Below are positions 14,436-28,000 of a DNA stretch of 64,000 bases, in pieces (positions within the stretch are counted from its first letter, which is position 1; each line of letters starts with the position of its first letter). The stretch lies in the NCBI RefSeq assembly GCF_006345805.1, contig NW_021833284.1, positions 1 to 64,000 on the forward strand, given 5' to 3'. A program made the translations under genes and the position numbers. Below the pieces are notes generated by a model that saw nothing but the letters and a program-made list of their open reading frames with translations, did not search any database and was not told where the DNA came from. Source of the stretch: Octopus sinensis. Lineage: Eukaryota.

Positions 14436-17400
14436 TTAGCGTCCGCTTTCCATGCTAGCATGGGTTGGACGGTTCAACTGGGGTTTGGGAAGCCAGAAGG
14501 CTGCACCAGGCCCAGTCTGATCTGGCAATGTTTCTACGGCTGGATGCCCTTCCTAACGCCAACCACTCCATGAGTGTAGTGGGTGCTTTTTACATGCCAG
14601 ACGGGGCTGGCAAACGGCCATGGTCGGATGGTGCTTTTTACGTGCCACCGGCACGGGGGCCAGGCAAGGCTGGCAAGTGCCATGTAAAAATCACTCAGTC
14701 CCCTCTGCAGGGTGGTTGGTGTTAGGAAGGGCATCCAGCCATAAAAACCATGCCAAAACAGACACAGAAGCATGGCACGGGCTCCTGTCTGGCCAGCTGC
14801 TGTCAAACCGTCCAACCCTTGGCCGAGCATGGAAGGAGGATGTTAAAACGATGATGATGTTGGACTGATGCCCCCCATCTTCATGAGGTCTAGAGTTGGG
14901 CCCCCAGGGTAACACGAGACCGAGCACAAGGTCCCTGTATAACACATGAATTGTGAAGGACCCAGTTATACTGCGTGAGATCTGGGAAGGGAATTAATTG
15001 AAGGAGAGAAAGAAAGGGGACAGAAAGCAAGGGGTTTAGGGAAAGGGGAGAGGGCTGAAAAAGACAGATGCAGCCAAAGGAGAGATAGAGAGTTGTAAAA
15101 TTAAAGACACACAAAACTTATCATCATCATCATCATCGTTTAACGTCCGCTTTCCATGCTAGCATGGGTTGGACGGTTCGACCGGGGTTCTGGGAAGCCA
15201 GAAGGCTGCACCAGGCTCCAGTCTAATCTGGCAATGTTTCTACAGCTAGATGCCCTTCCTAACGCCAACCACTCCGTGAGTGTAGTGGGTGCTTTTTACG
15301 TGCCACCTGCACAGGTGCCAGGCGAGGCTGGCAACGGCCACGGTCGGATTGGTGTATTTTATGTGCCACCGGCACGGAAGCCAGTTGAGGCGGTGCTGGC
15401 ATCGGCCACATCGGACGTTAAACGATGATGATGATGATGATGATGATAAGTTTTGTGTCTTTAATTTTACAACTCTCTATCTCTCCTTTGGCTGCATCTG
15501 TCTTTTTCAGCCCTCTCCCCTTTCCCTAAACCCCTTGCTTTCTGTCCCCTTTTTTTCTCTCTCTCTCTCTCTTTCCATCGCCACAGCCAGTCTCCCATCA
15601 CCATTTAACAGCTGTTCCTTCCCTCCATCCCTCCATCTCTGGCACCAGTTTCAGTGGAAGTTACCAAATTCATACACATACAGACACACACACACATGCA
15701 TACTGGCGCAGTGGCACACGCGCACACAAATATACCGACACAGTGGCACACACACATGTATGCACTGACACATACAGATCCACCAGAAACACATGCCCCC
15801 AGATGCAAACATGCGGGGATAAAGGGACATGAAAGAGAAAGGAGAACAGGAGCCCTATATTAGGGGCTCACCTGATGATAGTATCAGGGTGCACAGTAAC
15901 CTTGTCCCCTGCCCTTCTGGGGACGGAAATCAAAGAGAAAAAGATCAGAGCCGACGGGGGGGGGGAGTGGGTAGAGGTGTTGATACCACTGTTTACCATT
16001 ATAATCTCAAGGTACCTCCCCCCCCCCTTATGTAAGGTACACCGCCACCACCCTAGTCCATTTCAGCAGCAGCAGCAGCAGTGGTTGATAAGGGGACGGG
16101 GGGGGCTGATTGGTAAAAGGCGCCAAAATTAACACCAGATACCAGTACCAGTGAGGGGAGGGGCAGGGCTTTAGTACACCAACCTCCACAACCATCAACA
16201 CCCCCTCTGCTAGCTCCACTATGACCAACTGCCTGGCACCCCCACCCTGTTACTATCACTAGTGCCATGTTGCACCAACCTCCACCAAACCCCTACACTA
16301 GCTCCCTGGTATGGAGACCACTTTGAACACTACCGAAGGCTCCCTGGTACTGCAGCCTTCAACTTCTCCGCCATCACCACCACCGACTCCATTACTGCAT
16401 CACCTCAGCATCCCCACTTACCATCATCATCATCATCGTAGCTATGAACACTATCATCATCATCATCATCGGAACTGCTATCACTACCAGTACCAACATC
16501 ACCGCCACAATCACCTTCACCTCTACTATCTCCTCTGCCACCGCCATCACCCCCTCTGCCACTATCGCCCCCACCACTGCTGCCACCATCATCACCGCCT
16601 CCACCACTATCATCACCACCTCCACCACCATCATCACCAATTCCACTACTGTCACCACCTCCACCACCATCATCAACGCCTCCACCACCACCATCACCAC
16701 CTCTGCCACCGTCATCACCACCTCCACCATCATAACCCGCTCCGCCACCACCACCTCTGCCACCATCCCCACCTCCGCCATCACCTCCACCACCATCATC
16801 ACCGCCACCACTGTCACCACCTCCACCATCATAACCCGCTCCGCCACCACCACCTCTGCCACCATCCCCACCTCCGCCATCACCTCCACCACCATCATCA
16901 CCGCCACCACTGTCACCACCTCCACCATCATAACCCCCTCCGCCACCGCCACCTCTGCCACCATCCCCACCTCCGCCATCACCTCCACCACCACCTCCAC
17001 CACCATCATCACCGCCACCACTGTCACCACCTCCACCATCATAACCCCCTCCGCCACCACCACCTCTGCCACCATCCCCACCTCCGCCATCACCTCCACC
17101 ACCATCATCACCGCCACCACTGTCACCACCTCCACCATCATAACCCCCTCCGCCACCGCCACCTCTGCCACCATCCCCACCTCCGCCATCACCTCCACCA
17201 CCATCTCACTGTCTGTAGGTAAACCCTCACTAGAGACAGACTCTCTGGAAGCAGGTCATGCATGAGATTGAAGGAAATGAAGAAGAAGAAGAAGCAGCTC
17301 CCATCTTGAGGAAGTGAGGAGGATGAGTGGATGGGGGGAAGAGAGAGAGGAGAGATGGGGGGGCTGAACACCATGTGACATGTGTGTAGAACATATGTTG

Positions 17401-17571
17401 TAGGGATTGGGTCTGCAGGAGGGACTGTCGGCAGTGGTGGTGGTGGTGGAGGCAGTGGTGGTGGTGGAGGCAGTGGTGGTGGTGGAGGCAGCGGTGGTGG
17501 TGGTCTTGGTGTTGTGATCTCTTGTTTTTCAACAGACCCCCCTCTTCACTTAGCCACTTTTCTCTCTTTCC

Positions 17572-17618
<47 letters not shown>

Positions 17619-20600
17619 CCTCCAGTCTGTTGATGGGGGAGAGAGAGTGAATCTTTCCTACACCTCTTCACACCCCACCCTCAGCCTCCCTCTATATTGG
17701 CACCACCATCATCACCATCACCATCATCATCACGACCACCATCTTCATCACCACCACCATCATCACCAGCACCACCATCATCATCACCATCATCACCATC
17801 ACCACCACCACCACCATCACCACCATCATCATCATCACCATCACCACCATCAGCACCAGCACCATCATCATCACCATCACCACCACCACCATCATCACCA
17901 CCATCATCACCATCACCACCATCACCAGCACCACCATCATCACCACCACCATCACCAGCACCACCATCAGCACCATCACCAGCACCACCATCATCACCAC
18001 CATCAGCACCAGCATCATCATTAGACAGACAGAGAGAGAGAGAGAAAGAGTTAGGGGTGTTTGTGACAGAAAGAGAAAGAATCTGGGGTGTGAGAGAGAG
18101 AGATGGGAATGATTATTCTTATCTGAGTTTTAGACTTTCCAATATAGATTTATCGTCTTGGGAAATGTAAACAGATTTAACAGTTTCTTCAGCTGTTCAT
18201 TGTGTGTTCTGTTCGGCTGTTTCTGTTCTACAGGGAATATATACATTACATACATACATATGTGTGTGTATGTGTATATATATATGTAGACGCCATGATA
18301 GATTTTTAGCCACTACACACATTTTTCTCTCCTTGTTTTTTCTCTGTGTTCCTTTCTGTAGAAGAGCATAGGCTCGAAACGTAAAAGACTTTTTCTATTC
18401 CTGAGCGTTATACTAATACATCTGTTTGTTTTGTACACCACCCGTCTTTGTCTTTTGTTTTTTTTTTCGTAAACTCTCCCTATATATATATATGATTGAT
18501 TGATTGATTCTAGTTTCAGCTTATGAGCTGTGGCCATGCTGGGGCACCGCCATTTGGTGTTGCTACTTGGTTTCACTTCACGAAAGCTTTCTAGCAACTG
18601 CCATTTGGTGCATGAGAGAGTTTGATGCGCTGCCCTCATCTGCCCCTCCTGCCGTGAAGTTGGTTCATCTGGACACCTGACAGGAAGAGATCCGCTTCAT
18701 TTTAAAGACATCTGCATCCACCCCATGCAGGTCTCCAGGTTCTTCGGGAGGATATTGAAGAGCTGTGGGCCTCGGAAGCCCAGGCTATCACAGAATCTTG
18801 TCCTACATCTTGATGGCAAGTTTGGAGTCCTAGGCACCACGCAGTGGCGCCCAGTTCTGGCATTTGCGTAACTCTCGATGCCAAAGTTCAGGATATATAC
18901 ATATCACAGGATTTCAGCTCAAACTGCAAATCAAATAAGATCACATGATCTTGGCTCAAATCTCAAGTCTGCTAAGATCACGGGTTCTCGGCTCAAACTG
19001 CATATCAAAGATCTCGGCTCAAATTACGTATTTCATGATCTCAATTCAAATCAGCTGTCACACAAGATTACATGATCTCGGCTCAAATCACATAAACCCC
19101 TCATGTGTGTGTTGTGTGTATCTGCTTGTGTTCTCTTTAAAAGTAAGTAAATGCTTGGCAGATCTGCTTGAGAGATCATAGATAGGCAAGCCCCAATATG
19201 CTAATTGATCCATAACTTTCTAGTCTATGACCATCTTCAATCCAGGTCATGACAACTGGAGATTGAGACAGATGCAGTGGATGACCAAGATGTCTTACTT
19301 TCTTCATCTTGCTCTCTGCATCCCACAATGCATTGCTGCTTCCATCTTCCCTTTCTGTTGAACTATAAAGGTTTCTTCTGCAGAATCTACCAGACGCAGT
19401 CTTTACATATACAGATATGCTAATCAACCCATAGCTTTCTAGTGTATGACCATTTTCAATCCAGTAACAAGACCAGGTCAATAGTTGAGAGACAAGCTTA
19501 TTGTTATTCTCTTTAATTTTTTTGTGATTCTGTCCATTAGTTTGCCTAGCAAATACAATAGTTGTGAGATCGGCCTATTATTTTTATTCTAGAATATCAC
19601 CATTCTACAGGTCAAGGTGAGGCTGACATTAAAACACGAATCGACCTCGCTCACCAAGCCTTCAACCAACTCAGTGCATGACTCTGGTCAAGATCTGAAA
19701 TCCAACGCACCACCACAGTATGGATCTACCAAGCACTAGTGTGAACGGTTCTCCTTTACAGCAGTGAGTCATGGCTGATGAGGTTGGAAGATATTAAGCG
19801 ACTAGAATCCTTCGATCACCTCTGTCTACGCCGCATCCTTCGTGTCCGATGGCATCACTTTGTCCCCAACAATTCAGGGCAACACCAGTGCAGAATCACC
19901 TCCCTCCGACAAGTCATCCTAACGAGACGTCTGCATTGGCTGGGTCATGCCCTCTGTCGTCAACCAGGAGAATTCATCCACGAAGCAATTGCCCCAGCTC
20001 CCCTTCAGGGTTGGCGAAAGCGATGTGGTGGACAACGAAAAACCTGGCTGATGACAGTCAAGGCTGATCTGGAACCCAACCTACGAAGCAATTGCCCCAG
20101 CTCCCCTTCAGGGTTGGCGAAAGCGATGTGGTGGACAACGAAAAACCTGGCTGATGACAGTCAAGGCTGATCTGGAACCCAACCTACGAAGCAATTGCCC
20201 CAGCTCCCCTTCAGGGTTGGCAAAAGCGATGTGATGGACAACGAAAAACCTGGCTGATGACAGTCAAGGCTGATCTGGAACCCAACCTACGAAGCAATTG
20301 CCCCAGCTCCCCTTCAGGGTTGGCAAAAGCGATGTGATGGACAACGAAAAACCTGGCTGATGACAGTCAAGGCTGATCTGGAACCCAACCTACAAAGCAA
20401 TTGCCCCAGCTCCCCTTCAGGGTTGGCGAAAGCGATGTGGTGGACAACGAAAAAACCTGGCTGATGACAGTCAAGGCTGATCTGGAACCCAACCTACAAA
20501 GCAATTGCCCCAGCTCCCCTTCAGGGTTGGCGAAAGCGATGTGGTGGACAACGAAAAAACCTGGCTGATGACAGTCAAGGCTGATCTGGAACCCAACCTA

Positions 20601-23600
20601 CAAAGCAATTGCCCCAGCTCCCCTTCAGGGTTGGCGAAAGCGATGTGGTGGACAACGAAAAAACCTGGCTGATGACAGTCAAGGCTGATCTGGAACCCAA
20701 CCTACAAAGCAATTGCCCCAGCTCCCCTTCAGGGCTGGCGAAAGCGATGTGGTGGACAACGAAAAAACCTGGCTGATGACAGTCAAGGCTGATCTGAAAC
20801 CCAACCTACGAAGCAATTGCCCCAGCTCCCCTTCAGGGCTGGCGAAAGCGATGTGGTGGACAACGAAAAACCTGGCTGATGACAGTCAAGGCTGATCTGA
20901 AACCCAACCTACAAAGCAATTGCCCCAGCTCCCCTTCAGGGCTGGCGAAAGCGATGTGGTGGACAACGAAAAAACCTGGCTGATGACAGTCAAGGCTGAT
21001 CTGGAACCCAACCTACGAAGCAATTGCCCCAGCTCCCCTTCAGGGTTGGTGAAAGCGATGTGGTGGACAACGAAAAACCTGGCTGATGACAGTCAAGGCT
21101 GATCTGGAACCCAACCTACGAAGCAATTGCCCCAGCTCCCCTTCAGGGTTGGCGAAAGCGATGTGGTGGACAACGATAAACCTGGCTGATGACAGTCAAG
21201 GCTGATCTGGAACCCAACCTACGAAGCAATTGCCCCAGCTCCCCTTCAGGGTTGGCGAAAGCGATGTGGTGGACAAGGAAAAACCTGGCTGATGACAGTC
21301 AAGGCTGATCTGGAACCCAAACTAGGACCCCATATCTACAGCGTTCACCACTGGAATAAGGAGTGGTTGATCACGCGGTCGTTAGCCTCAAATCGCCAGG
21401 CCTGGTCGGCGTTTGTGAGAGATGCAGTATTGAGGATGAATGAAGCCAGCTCAATCCACCCCGGGTGGATGCTGTAAGGAGAAGAAGAAGATTATTCTTA
21501 TTCTCCTGAATTTTTTTGTCAGTCTATCCATTAGTTTGCTTGTTATCATTACTCTTGAGCTGCATGTGTAGTTACTTATATTTTTGCTCAGGAGCCCACA
21601 AGGGATCTGGTGTGAAAGGGCTTAAGACACCAGAACTCCTGAAGCAGGGCGCCACATCCAAGTGCAATTCAAAATCATACCCAGGACATCTACCGACACA
21701 TACCCCTATACCCCTGTCTAAAAGTACCCCTATACCGCCATGCACATACTTCAATGTCAACAACTTATTTCTTCCAGTGAACGCTACAAACTGCCACCCA
21801 TTTCCAGCTGTTCCACCCAGAATTCCTCTGATGCCTTTGGATCCCCACTCAAGGAACTGTCCAAGGAACCCTTTGATCATCAATTGGCCAAAATATTACA
21901 GAGGTCAGCAAGTACCCCACTCTTAAAGTAAGCCCCTTTTTTACCTTATTTTCTGAGGTTTTGTTGGGTTTTTTTTCTTTTTTTTATAAAATTAAACTGT
22001 GTGTGTGTGTGTGTGCATGTGTGTATAAATATACATGTGTATATTTAACATTAAAGGCATGAAATTGTAATGATCTCTTGGGCATTGACCGATGAGGAAT
22101 GAGCTACAAATGTTCAGTTTATGCTTCTATAATATTTCCGTTCATTGTCTTTGAAATATATATATATATGTGTGTGTATGATGTTGTTGTTGTATATATA
22201 TATATATATTCTTTTATTCTTTTAGTCATTTGATTGCGGCCATGCTGCAGCACCACCTTTAGTCGAGCAAATCGACCCCAGGACTTATTCTTTGTAAGCC
22301 CAGTACTTATTCTATCGGTCTCTTTTGCCGAACCGCTAAGTAACGGGGACATAAACACACCAGCATCGGTTGTCAAGCAATGCTAGGGGGACAAACACAC
22401 ACACACATATATATGACGGGCTTCTTTCAGTTTCCGTCTACCAAATCCACTCACAAGGCTTTGGTCGGCCCGAGGCTATAGTAGAAGACACTTGCCCAAG
22501 GTGCCACCCAGTGGGACTGAACCCGGAACCATGTGGTTGGTAAACAAGCTACTTACCACACAGCCACTCCTGCACCTATACATATATATATATATATCAA
22601 AATAAGCAACAAGGATATCCAAGGTAGAGTGATACAATTGTTTCATGCTACTTCATTTTATTAAACACTGTAAGTATTACATCAGTTTTAAAATGTCGAG
22701 CAATCTTCAGCCACATACAGAATTTTTCAATTAAACGGACACTGCACATTCTTATACTTATTTCAATTGTACTACTCTACCTTGGATATCCTTGTTGCTT
22801 ATTTTGATTATAATCACCCCATTTGATTTATATGGATTGTACCATAAAAAATTCTGGTGCCTTTAACTTAAGTACCATATTCATCTGAATCTAAATTTTG
22901 CTGAACTTATATATATATATGTATGTATATGTAACTAGTAGTATCGCCCAGCGTTGCTCGGGTTTGTAAGGGAAATAACTATATAAGCATTTTTAGAGAG
23001 TTACTTCCCTTATATAGACCGAGCAAAAAATGCGGAAAAATGATGGTAAATTTTTTTTAAATCATAGACTCATCGTATACGTGCGCTAATACCCAGAAGG
23101 GCTTGATATGAATCACGACCATAAGATACCCGCTTTTGGTTAAACTGCACTGCAAAATGTGGGAGTAGTTAGGAATCTAAATCGGAGTAGACAGACACAC
23201 ACACAACTTCAGTTTTATATATAAAGATATACACACCCTTTGTAATGAAGCAGCCAGATATCAGTAATAATGTCCTGTGCTGGTTGGCTTTTTTTGCAGA
23301 AGCGGAAAGAGTGCAGACATTAGCCAGGAGGAATGCTACATGCTGCTGATCCGAAGTACCAAAGTCTTCCGTGAACAGTACATCCAGAAGCAGGATTTGG
23401 CCATCGAGGAAATCAAACGAAGGTAATGTATAACAAACGCACATGCACGGACAAGCCCTCACCCCACGCTCATGCATGTACACCTATACACATGAAAGAA
23501 AGACAGTTATCTACATTCTTACTCTTTTACTTGTTTCAGTCATTTGACTGCAGCCATGCTGGAGCACAGCCTTCAATCGAGCAACTCGACCCCGGGACTT

Positions 23601-24978
23601 GTTCTTTTGTAAGCCCAGTACTTATTCTATCGGTCTCTTTTACCGAACCGCTAAGTAATGGGGACATAAACACAGTAGGAAGCCCCTCTTCACTACCAGG
23701 CATAAATTCTTTTCTTTTCTTTTACTTGTTTCAGTCATTTGACTGCGGCCATGCTGGAGCACCGCCTTTAGTCGAGCAACTCGACCCCGGGACTTATTCT
23801 TTTGTAAGCCCAGTACTTATTCTATCGGTCTCTTTTTGCCGAACCGCTAAGTAACGGGGACGTAAACACACCAGCATCGGTTGTCAAGCAATGCTAGGGG
23901 GACAAACACACTCACACAAACACACACATGCATACATATATGTACATATATACGACAGGCTTCTTTCAGTTTCCGTCTACCAAATCCACTCACAAGACTT
24001 TGGTCGGCCCGGGGCTATAGTAGAAGACACTTGGCCAAGGTGCCATGCAGTGGGACTGAACCCGGAACCATATGGTTGGTAAGCAAGCTACTTACCACAC
24101 AGCCACTCCTGTGCATATACACAAAATTAAACCAGTCTATATTATCTTTTTACTTGTGTCAGTCATTAGCCAATGGCCATGCTGGGGCACTGCCTTGAAG
24201 AATTCCCTCTTTTTAGCTGAATGAATTGATCCCAGTATTTTTTTTTTTAAGCCTGGTATTTATTCTATCGTGGAGGCAAAATGGCCCAGTGATTAGGGCA
24301 GCGGACTCGCAGTCAGAGGATTGTGGTTTCAATTCCCAGACTGGGCGTTGTGTTTGTTTATTGAGCGAAAACACCTAAAAGCTCCATGGGGTTCCACCAG
24401 GGGGTAGTGGCGACCCCCATTGCACTCTTTCGTCCCAACTTTCTCTCACTCTCTCTTCCTGTTTCTTGAGAAACGCTGCGATGGACTGGCGTCCTGTCCA
24501 TCTGGGGGGGGGGGACACATACGCCACAGAAACCGAGAAACCAGGCCCATGAGCCTGGCTAGGATTGAAAAGGGGGCGTAAATAAATAAATAAATAAATT
24601 TATTCTATCAGAATTTTTTGCCAAACCTCTAAGTTACTAGGGACATAAACACACCAACACCGGTTGCCATGCAGTGGTGGGTTACTAACACATGCACAAA
24701 GACATATACCCACACACATACACACATATTTATGCTGGGCTTCCTTCACCAACACCAACACCACTGTATTCTCCACTACCACCACCACCATCACCAACAC
24801 CAACACCACTGTATTCTCCACTACCACCACCACCATCACCAACACCAACACCACTGTATTCTCCACCACCACCAACACCAACACCACTGTATTCTCCACT
24901 ACCACCACCACCATCACCAACACCACTGTATTCTCCACTACCACCACCACCATCACCAACACCAGTGATATATCCTGA

Positions 24979-25014
<36 letters not shown>

Positions 25015-28000
25015 ATTTTTAGGATGAATATTTTAATGGCCCAGAAAGGTTACCAAATGTCGGAACTGAAGGAAATGGCTCAAAGTCAGTCGACGCTGAA
25101 GGACTTCAGTCAAGCTCTGGCAGAGAAATATGAATCGAGCAAAGAGAAACAGGACAGTCTTCTGAAGAGGTGGGCGTGGCATTCTGCTTGTGTATTTATA
25201 TGACTATTGGTAGTTGGGCAGCTTGGAAACTTCGATAATAATTTCATTTATCGGGCACGATGACGAGCGTAAATTCACTGCTGGAGGACCGAAGCGCAAA
25301 CGCAGAACTTGTTGTAATTGATCTGAAGATCTTTTGAATTATGATGCATTTTCGCTGGAGACCGTTACTTTTGTACCTCCTGTACTAATGCTTATGCATG
25401 TAAAGTATCTGCTTGGCCGTTGCTAGCGCCGCCCTGACAGGCCTCCGTGCCGGTGGCACATAAAATGCACCATCCGATTGTGACCGTTGCCAGCCTTGTC
25501 TGGCCCCGTGCCGGTGGCGCATAAAAGGCACCATCCAATCGTGGCCATTTGCCAGCCTCGTCTGGCAACTGTGCAGGTGGCACATAAAAAGCACCCACTA
25601 CACTCATGGAGTGGTTGGCGTTAGGAAAGGCATCCAGCCGTAGAAACACTGCCAGATCAGACTGGGCCTGGCGCAGCCTTCTGGCTTCCCAGACCCCAGT
25701 TGAACCGTCCAACCCGTGCTAGCATGGAAAGCAGACACTAGACGATGATGATAATGATGTCATTGGCCTACTGCTAGTCTCATGACTTGGACGTAACCTA
25801 AAATAGCTGAGATAATGCACGGAACGGCAAGCGCACGCACCTCAAGAGATAAAGTACACGATAGCGAACGTAAACATACGTCAGCCGCTAAAAAGTCCGT
25901 GATAGATGTAGGGCAGCTCTACATCGTATATTTACGTTAACCGCGGGTAGGCAAGCAAAAGTGTGCTCGCATATTTGGGCCAACCGTTGTCAAGGGGTTA
26001 ATAACATATACCCTATCTACCCTGCTGTACAATAAAAACCACTAAATAATAATAATAATATAATAATGAAATTATTGTATACAGTGCTCAGGTGCACCAC
26101 AACTTGTCAGAAAGTGCATATAAAGTATATGCAGTAATGTAGAAATGTCTGGAAAGCGAACAGTGTATGAGTCAGATACATGCTTGCGTGTGTATGGAGG
26201 GAAGAAAATCAGGTGTAGTGTTGGCGAATCTCTCAGGAAGCATGGAAGTTTTGAAGGATGCAGTGCTCCGACAACTAACAATTGATGCCGGCAGTTTGTT
26301 CCATGCTTCAGCGTGTGTATGGAGGGGAGAAAATCAGGTGTAGTGTTGGCGAATCTCAGGAAGCATGGAAGTTTTGAAGGATGCAGTGCTCCGACAACTA
26401 ACAACTGATGCCGGCAGTTTGTTCCATGCTTCAGCGTGTGTATGGAGGGGAGAAAATCAGGTGTAGTGTTGGCGAATCTCAGGAAGCATGGAAGTTTTGA
26501 AGGATGCAGTGCTCCGACAACTAACAACTGACGCAGACAGTTTGTTCCATGCTTCAGCGTGTGTATGGAGGGGAGAAAATCAGGTGTAGTGTTGGCGAAT
26601 CTCAGGAAGCATGGAAGTTTTGAAGGATGCAGTGCTCCGACACCTAACAACTGATGCTGGCAGTTTGTTCCATGCTTCAGCGTGTGTATGGAGGGGAGAA
26701 AATCAGGTGTAGTGTTGGCGAATCTCAGGAAGCATGGAAGTTTTGAAGGATGCAGTGCTCCAACAACTAACAACTGATGCCGGCAGTTTGTTCCATGCTT
26801 CAGAGTGTGTATGGAGTGGAGAAAATCAGGTGTAGTGTTGGCGAATCTCAGGAAGCATGGAAGTTTTGAAGGATGCAGTGCTCCGACAACTAACAACTGA
26901 CGCAGACAGTTTGTTCCATGCTTCAGCGTGTGTATGGAGGGGAGAAAATCAGGTGTAGTGTTGGCGAATCTCAGGAAGCATGGAAGTTTTGAAGGATGCA
27001 GTGCTCCGACAACTAACAACTGATGCCGGCAGTTTGTTCCATGCTTCAGCGTGTGTATGGAGGGGAGAAAATCAGGTGTAGTGTTGGCGAATCTCAGGAA
27101 GCATGGAAGTTTTGAAGGATGCAGTGCTCCGACAAATAACAACTGATGCTGGCAGTTTGTTCCATGCTTCAGTAGAGCTTTTAGGATTTTCCTGTTTGTT
27201 TCAGCAGAGTTAATACAACTGGGCCCAAAACAAGTTTTTCATATTTCTTCTTCTTGTTTTCTCCAGGTTATCCGTGTTGGTCCGTAAGATCCAGAGCCAT
27301 CTTCCCATTCTGTCTGATGCTGAGAGAGATATGATGAAGGAACTGAAGAATATGGAAGTGCAACTGGAGTCCCTTCGCAAGGAATTAAACAAAGTCAGTT
27401 GTTGTTGTTGTTTTTATTTGTTCTTACCTTTTTTTGCTTTTTCGTAAACGGGATTATTCCGGAGGACTGAGGACTTGATGGGGGATGCTGGGGTTGGAGG
27501 AATCAGTGGAACGGCTGGCATGGGGGAATGGAGTGTGGTGGCATAGCCTTATGGAGTGCGGTGGCATGGGCGAATGGAATGCTGTGACATGGGCGAATGG
27601 AGTGCGGTGGCATGGGGGAATGGAGTGTGGTGGCATGGGGAAATGGAGTGTGGTGGCATGGGCGAATGGAGTGCGGTGGTATGGCCGAATGGAGCGCGGT
27701 GGTATGGCGAATGGAGTGCGGTGGCATGGGTGAATGGAGTGTAGTGGCATGGCTGAATGGAGCACGGTGGTATGGGCGAATGGAGTGCGGTGGCATGGGT
27801 GAATGGAGTGTGGTGGCATGGCTGAATGGAGCACGGTGGTATGGGCGAATGGAGTGCGGTGGTATGGGCGAATGGAGTGCGGTGGCATGGGTGAATGGAG
27901 TGTGGTGGCATGGCTGAATAGAGCATGGTGGTATGGGCGAATGGTGTGCGGTGGCATGGGTGAATGGAGTGTGGTGGCATGGCCGAATGGAGCACGGTGG

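Noticed and set aside
16311-17265. Thr-rich mucin-like or His-rich ORFs
   Set aside because: CCA/CAT low-complexity repeat, open in nearly all frames; inside a NUP88 intron whose flanking exons already join in phase. A nested mucin exon cannot be fully excluded without RNA-seq.
19981-21320. Regularly spaced repeats resembling CRISPR (also 56445-57418 and 61758-64000)
   Set aside because: Head-to-tail units with no unique spacers, no cas genes, and a eukaryotic context.
26072-27142. 356-aa ORF with a 41-aa repeat
   Set aside because: Off-frame reading of a tandemly amplified CR1 3' end; the real LINE frame has a stop in every unit.
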